Assembly (NCBI GenBank): GCA_963675595.2 | Contig: CAXXLZ010000002.1 | Span: forward strand, 2,464,001-2,528,000 | DNA length: 64,000 bases | Direction of reading: 5' to 3' | Source: Thermodesulfobacteriota bacterium | GTDB lineage: Bacteria > Desulfobacterota > Desulfarculia > JACQYL01 | Part shown: positions 58,818 through 64,000 of the stretch, one piece after another | Layout: each line of letters starts with the position of its first letter | Numbering within the stretch: position 1 is the first letter of the stretch | Notes under the pieces: model-generated | Database searches by the model: none | Seen by the model: the letters and a program-made list of their open reading frames with translations, nothing else | What the model was told of the DNA's origin: nothing | Translations under genes and position numbers: made by a program

Positions 58818-61800
58818 TTAAGGTGACGACCTCACCAGGCGGAGGCCAAGTCACGTGTAACGGGTCTCTTGGGTGATGTTCCAGCGACGCGCGGAACGGC
58901 CGCACGAAGCACTGTGAAACCAGCAACCTCCTCGAAAGACCCGGTACTCGCCCGCGGCGGGACCCGTGGGATCGGTCACCGGCGCGGCGGGATATTCGCC
59001 GTAGTGGTCCTGACAGGCTTCCCACACGTTGCCGCTCATGTCGTACAGCCCCCAGGGATTGGGCGTCTTCTGCGCCACGGGATGGGTGGTATCGCCCGAG
59101 TTGTAACAATACCAACCGATGGCGGCCGCATTGGGATCGTAACCACATTCCGGCTCGGTATTCGCGCCGTTGAAAAACGCGGTGGTAGTGCCGGCCCGAG
59201 CCGCGTATTCCCATTCGGCCTCCGTGGGCAGCCGGTAAGTCCCTTCACCTCGCTGATTCATTTTCGCAACGAACGTTTGAATTTCGTCCCAGGATACCAT
59301 TTCCACCGGGCAGTTGTCTCCGCAGGCGGTGAAATAGGAGGGGTTGCTCCCCCCCATCACCGCTTTCCACTGGCCCTGCGTCACTTCGGTGGTCTGTATG
59401 TAGAAGCCCCGGGTCAACGTCACCTGGTGCTGCCGCTCGTCGCCTTGCCGGTAGGTCTCGCTGGTGGGACTCCCCATGGCGAAGGACCCGGGAGTGATGT
59501 ATTTGAACTTCATGCCCAAGGAATTGGTGAAGGTCTCCCCAGCGACCCAGCATGCCGGAGCGCTTCCCCCGATATACTGATAGGTTTCCCCCAATTCATA
59601 GAGAAAGCCGGCACGGGTCAGATATCCGATGGGAATGGGATTCGGCGCTTTGGACCAGGTTTGGCCCTGCTTCCAGGCGGACTGGTAGGCCTGAACTTCG
59701 GACCATTCCAGCCGAAAATCCGCGTTCAGGTCCGCAGGATGCGCATTGGCCGGATCGGCAAAGGGACCTATGTCGAACTCATCCGCGTCCGACAAAGTGG
59801 ATACCGCAGTCGTCGCTCCGGCGGGAGAAGCGAACGCTTTGTTCATCGAAAACGCGTTGAAGGCTCCGCTCGGGAACGTAAGCCCGCCGTTGGCTCGGCT
59901 TGTGGAAACGAAGTTCATGAAAAACTGCCGCCCCAGCCCGGCCAGGTCATTGGCCGCATTGATTCCGTCGGAGTAGTCCGGATCCAGGAACGCGGTCCAC
60001 GTTTTCAAGTCCGGGGTGAGGATCACCAGGGCGGACCCGGCGTCATACGTCTGAACATACGCGTTCATGGAACCGTCCTCAGCCTTGAAGATGCCGTCAT
60101 ACCCGCCGACGGGATCGGGGATTCCGAAGTTTTTCTCCAAAGTCCAGGATGCGGTCCGTCCATCGGCATAAGACAGGGAGGCTGAAATCCGGCCGTCTTC
60201 CTGAAGGTTCATGGTCAATCGATGTCCCATGCCGGCATAGTCCTGCAAGTCCGTGATGCCGTCGGCCCAGGAGCCTTCCACGAATACGAACCATTCTTGA
60301 AGATCGGGCGTCAAAATCACCACGGCCGAGCCCGTGTCATAGGTCTGGACATAGGCGTTCATGTCGTTGCCGGCGGATTTGTAGATTCCGTCGGCAAACT
60401 TGTCGGGAACGGACTTGGTGAATAAGGCGGTCTTGGGGGAAGACACGGTTCCTTCATCGTCGGCCGCGAAAAAGGTCACTTGGTACTCCCCTGTCCGATT
60501 GAAGCCGTGATAATCGGCCTCCCAGCGGTTGCCTTTGTACTCCAAATAGACCAAATCCAAGTCCGAATCCGTAACCGGTTGGGAGGCGGAGTCGTGTTCG
60601 AATCCGGGGGGAATGATCACAGCCCAGGCCTGGTCGATGATTCCCGTGCCCGAATACTCGATTTTCGCCCACAACACCGCTCCCGATTCCCCTCCGACAT
60701 CGGCGTCCGGGCAAACTTCGGCGATCGTGGGAACGGAGGCCGCGGACCCTTGTGATTCCCCGATAACATGGCTGGAAGCGACGGTCCTGTCCGAATCCTG
60801 CTGATCGAAGCCGGTGCTGGCGATGCCGTCGCCGTCGGCGTCGAAAAGCGGTATCTGCTGTCTTGTCTTGCCGTCGGCATCCCTTCCCAGGTTGGACCAC
60901 CTGAGGTCTTCCGCGGTGTTCACAAAAGCGGCGAACAGGTCGTAATCATTTTGAACTTCCTGCCAGAATTTCTGAGAAAAGGAATTGTGCCCTTCCCGCA
61001 ACAAGATGGCTTCATCTTCCGGTTGGGTGCTTGCGATCACGATTCGAGGCTTGCCCGTCTTCGGGGCCAATCCCTCGATGAAGCTGCCCGAATGACACGC
61101 CTCGACGATCACCACGATGGTGCCGGAAATGGTTTCATCGAGCTCGTCCAGCCACGGTTTCAGTTGATAGGTGTAAAGCGCTTCGGTGGGGCTGAGAAAC
61201 ACCTTCCCTTCCGTACCGTGATCCACCAGATAGAGGATCACGTCCCGAGCCCCTTTCGCCCATTCCGTTAACGCGTACTTGACCTGGGCCGTGGTGGAAT
61301 CGCCGTCCCGATATTCTCTGGGTGTTTCCCCTTCCGACGAGGGCGGGTCCAAATAGTAGATGGTCCCCGAGGTGAAGCCCCGCCGGGCCAGCGCGGTATA
61401 CGCGAAGTCGCCGCAATTCCTGAAGGACGCCAGAAGCGAGTCGTTTTGCGCCTGCTTTCCGATGACGATGACGGCCTTGTCCGCGGCGGTCGCTCCCACG
61501 CGGATGGTGGTCACTTTGATGTCCGGGCCGCAGGCGTTGCCGGCCGTGAGCGTGTAGGTGGTGGTTTCCCTCGGAGAGACGGTCGCGGTGCCCTGCCCCG
61601 GGTCGATATCCCCGACGCCGTTGTCGATTCGCGCGGAACTCGCGTTGGATATGCTCCACGAGAGGGTCGCCGACCCGCCCAAATCGATCTGATTGGGCTC
61701 GGCCCGGAAAAACTCAATACTCGGAAATTGGCAACCCACGGATATCACGGACTCTCCGGCGACCCCGGAATCGGAGCCGTCGAAACTGCCCGTTCCCACA

Positions 61801-62168
61801 ACCGCATGATTCCCGTCGGGAGCGGTCACGGTATAGGAAAGGTTTCTGGGAGCGGCATCCAGGAAAAGTCCCCATTTCACTTTGCCGTTCACCGCGTCGT
61901 ACGTGCCGTTTTCACTGATGTCCGACGGAGAAACGGCCGAGGGCACGCCTTCCTCCACGGCCCAGGCCGATGCCGTGCCTTGGGGGTCCGCGTGAATGGT
62001 CACCGTGGGAGAGGTCGAAGTGCCGCCAACGGATCGAGTGGTCTCTCCCGCTTGGATGGGAAAGGCGAAGGCACATAGGAAGAAGACGGTGAAAAACCAA
62101 CAGGCGTGCAGTGTGGAGGAGGTCGTTCCCATGCGGTGAGACTGCGGTCTGATTCCGGACACGGTCAT
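58818..62168 (-). CDS. Secreted multidomain protein: Ig-like + peptidase C13 (legumain/caspase-like) + 2 uncharacterised repeats + dockerin-like motif + FGE-sulfatase; in-frame TGA at 58853-58851
   Basis: LVDHG and EACHSGSF His/Cys dyad; LPTEAEWEY and DMSGNVWE; LGLRLVRSSP-TAA continues in frame after the TGA. Confidence 0.8.
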
Positions 62169-62851
62169 GCCTCATTCTCCCCTGGAAATAATTCCGTGAA
62201 ACGGTGAAGAATTGGAAAAGGAAACTCTTTGTGATGAATTTGGATTAAAGATGAAGATACTTGAAGCGCGTCGGATGGGTCAAGACTCGAAGTCCGAAGT
62301 TACGCCTTAGGCGAGCACCGTCGCCCGAGATTCCGAAAGAATACTTCGATCGCCGTGTCCCCGAGAAGGAGCTCTTACGAAGCGGGTTCCCACTTTCGCC
62401 GCGTGAATCCCGTTACACTCAGCGGAACAATGTTCCGCGGTCCCAAAAACACACGCTTGCCTCTCCTTCATCGTTATTGTAGAGGTCAGTCGGTGCCCGC
62501 ATTTCATCGACCCGATGGGTCGTGATGCTTCATCATGGGCCTCAAGACCGTGTTTACGACCGGTACGGAAGGGGAATTCGCCAAGATCATCCGCATACGG
62601 GTCACCGGCCGCACGTCGATACATGGGAAGGACCCCGATATTTTCCAATCCCGGGCTGTTGTCGGCACCCGGCACGTACCGTAGACGTGCCATGCTCGAC
62701 TCAGCATGTGTCTCTAACAAACGTTTCATCTCCGTGTTGACGCTGCTGTTCAGGATGAATTACTGTGGATCGCGAAGGGGACTCGAAGTTCCGCATTTCT
62801 GTGACCGCCAATGATTAATAGGGCCGTGTTGAGTCGAAAACGCGGCGGACG

Positions 62852-63340
62852 GTGTATAATCCGGGCACATTGCCTTGGAGGAGAGAAGACGTGTCTAAAT
62901 GCGCATTGTTTCTTGCCTGTATAATTATGTGCTCGGCTGGATGGAGCATGGCCTCGGCCGACAACGGCGATTTTGTGGGCAGTGTGAAAACCGCCGAGGG
63001 GGAGGCCCGAGTCGAGCGGGCCGGCAAACTGCTTTCAGCCCGGGCCAAAATGAAGCTCAATATCGGCGACAAATTGGTCACCGGCCCCGACGGCAGTATG
63101 GGAATTCTGTTGCGCGACAACACTTCGCTGTCCTTGGGGCCCAAAAGCGAGTTGGCTATTGACGAATTCCTTTTCACACCGGCCCAGTCCAAACTGAGTC
63201 TGGTCGCCAGGATAACCAGGGGCACCGCGAGTTATATTTCGGGAAAGATCGGCCGGCTGTCCCCCAAGTCGGTGCGTCTGGAAACCCCCGACGCCACTAT
63301 CGGCATCCGCGGCACCAAGCTGCTTATCAAAGTTGATTAG
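62852..63340 (+). CDS. FecR-domain protein
   Basis: GDKLVTG, DNTSLSLGPKS and TPDATIGIRGT motifs. Confidence 0.85.
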   Translation: MYNPGTLPWRREDVSKCALFLACIIMCSAGWSMASADNGDFVGSVKTAEGEARVERAGKLLSARAKMKLNIGDKLVTGPDGSMGILLRDNTSLSLGPKSELAIDEFLFTPAQSKLSLVARITRGTASYISGKIGRLSPKSVRLETPDATIGIRGTKLLIKVD

Positions 63341-63384
63341 AATTTCACGGTCTACGGATCAGAGGTAACTTATCCGGGGGTAAT

Positions 63385-63990
63385 TTGGTGTTAAGATGGG
63401 TGCCTATCATATTTCCCGCAGTCCTGCTGTTGGCCGCCTTCGCCGGTTGCGGGAGCAGTACCGTGGTGCTGATGCCCGACCGCGATGGGCATGTGGGCGA
63501 GGCCGTTGTGACGAACCAGGGCGGCTCTCAAATACTAGACAAACCTTATCAAGCAACTTCAATTTCCGGAATTGGTTCGGCTCCGACCCAACCCGCGCTG
63601 ATGGAGCAAAGCGAGATCGAGCGGGATTTCGCGCGTGCCCTTGCCGCCGAACCCGACCCGCCGGTTGTCTTCATATTCTATTTCAACGTCGATTTCAGCG
63701 AATTGACCCCCGAATACCTTTCTCTTTTGCCCAACGTGTTGGCGGCAATCAAGAAACGTGACTCAGTGGACATCAGCATCGTGGGTCATTGTGACACCGC
63801 TGGAGCCAATTCCTACAACTTCCTCCTGTCCAAGCGCCGTGCCGAAAACTTGGCTCACATCTTGACTGAACGAGGGGTGGACGAATCCACTCTGTCGATT
63901 TCCTGGCACGGTGAGAACGATCCTCTGATAAAGACAGGTGACAATATCTTTGAGCCCCGCAACCGCCGAGTAGAAATAACCGTGCGATAG
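63385..63990 (+). CDS. OmpA-family peptidoglycan-binding lipoprotein
   Basis: FAGC lipobox; IVGHCD, NFLLSKRRA and NRRVEI motifs. Confidence 0.9.
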   Translation: MVLRWVPIIFPAVLLLAAFAGCGSSTVVLMPDRDGHVGEAVVTNQGGSQILDKPYQATSISGIGSAPTQPALMEQSEIERDFARALAAEPDPPVVFIFYFNVDFSELTPEYLSLLPNVLAAIKKRDSVDISIVGHCDTAGANSYNFLLSKRRAENLAHILTERGVDESTLSISWHGENDPLIKTGDNIFEPRNRRVEITVR

Positions 63991-64000
63991 TCGGCGTGCG

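Noticed and set aside
62261-62814. Short ORFs between the C13/FGE gene and fecR
   Set aside because: No consistent frame, RBS or recognisable family; possibly a decayed remnant

Overview
GC-rich bacterial chromosome segment. Gene content (Ni-CODH, polyferredoxins, DUF1638, gatCA, palindromic intergenic repeats) suggests an anaerobic Desulfobacterota/deltaproteobacterium; this is inference. The left third (about 3-19 kb) is accessory: secreted proteins, a 7TM-GGDEF, SDR/LysR, hicB with a broken hicA, a low-GC HEPN-like gene, and two apparently identical IS110-family (IS1111-type) elements. Both IS copies sit at the same position inside a REP-like palindrome. Their 3' non-coding end contains two internal loops matching the target and the element's own circle junction, i.e. 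a readable bridge/seek-RNA. A small UxxC selenoprotein with a SECIS-like hairpin (11719-11979) is only partly captured by the ORF track, and a second candidate UGA recoding occurs at the C-terminus of a large peptidase C13/FGE-sulfatase protein. The remainder holds polysaccharide genes, gatCA, rlmD, a corrinoid methyltransferase/DUF1638 pair, an FNOR-cooF-cooS operon, radical SAM genes, an orphan KS/CLF-like pair, an MCP, an RND pump, scpAB-rluB, lpxA, FGE-sulfatase surface proteins and a FecR/OmpA pair. No rRNA, tRNA or CRISPR array was seen.
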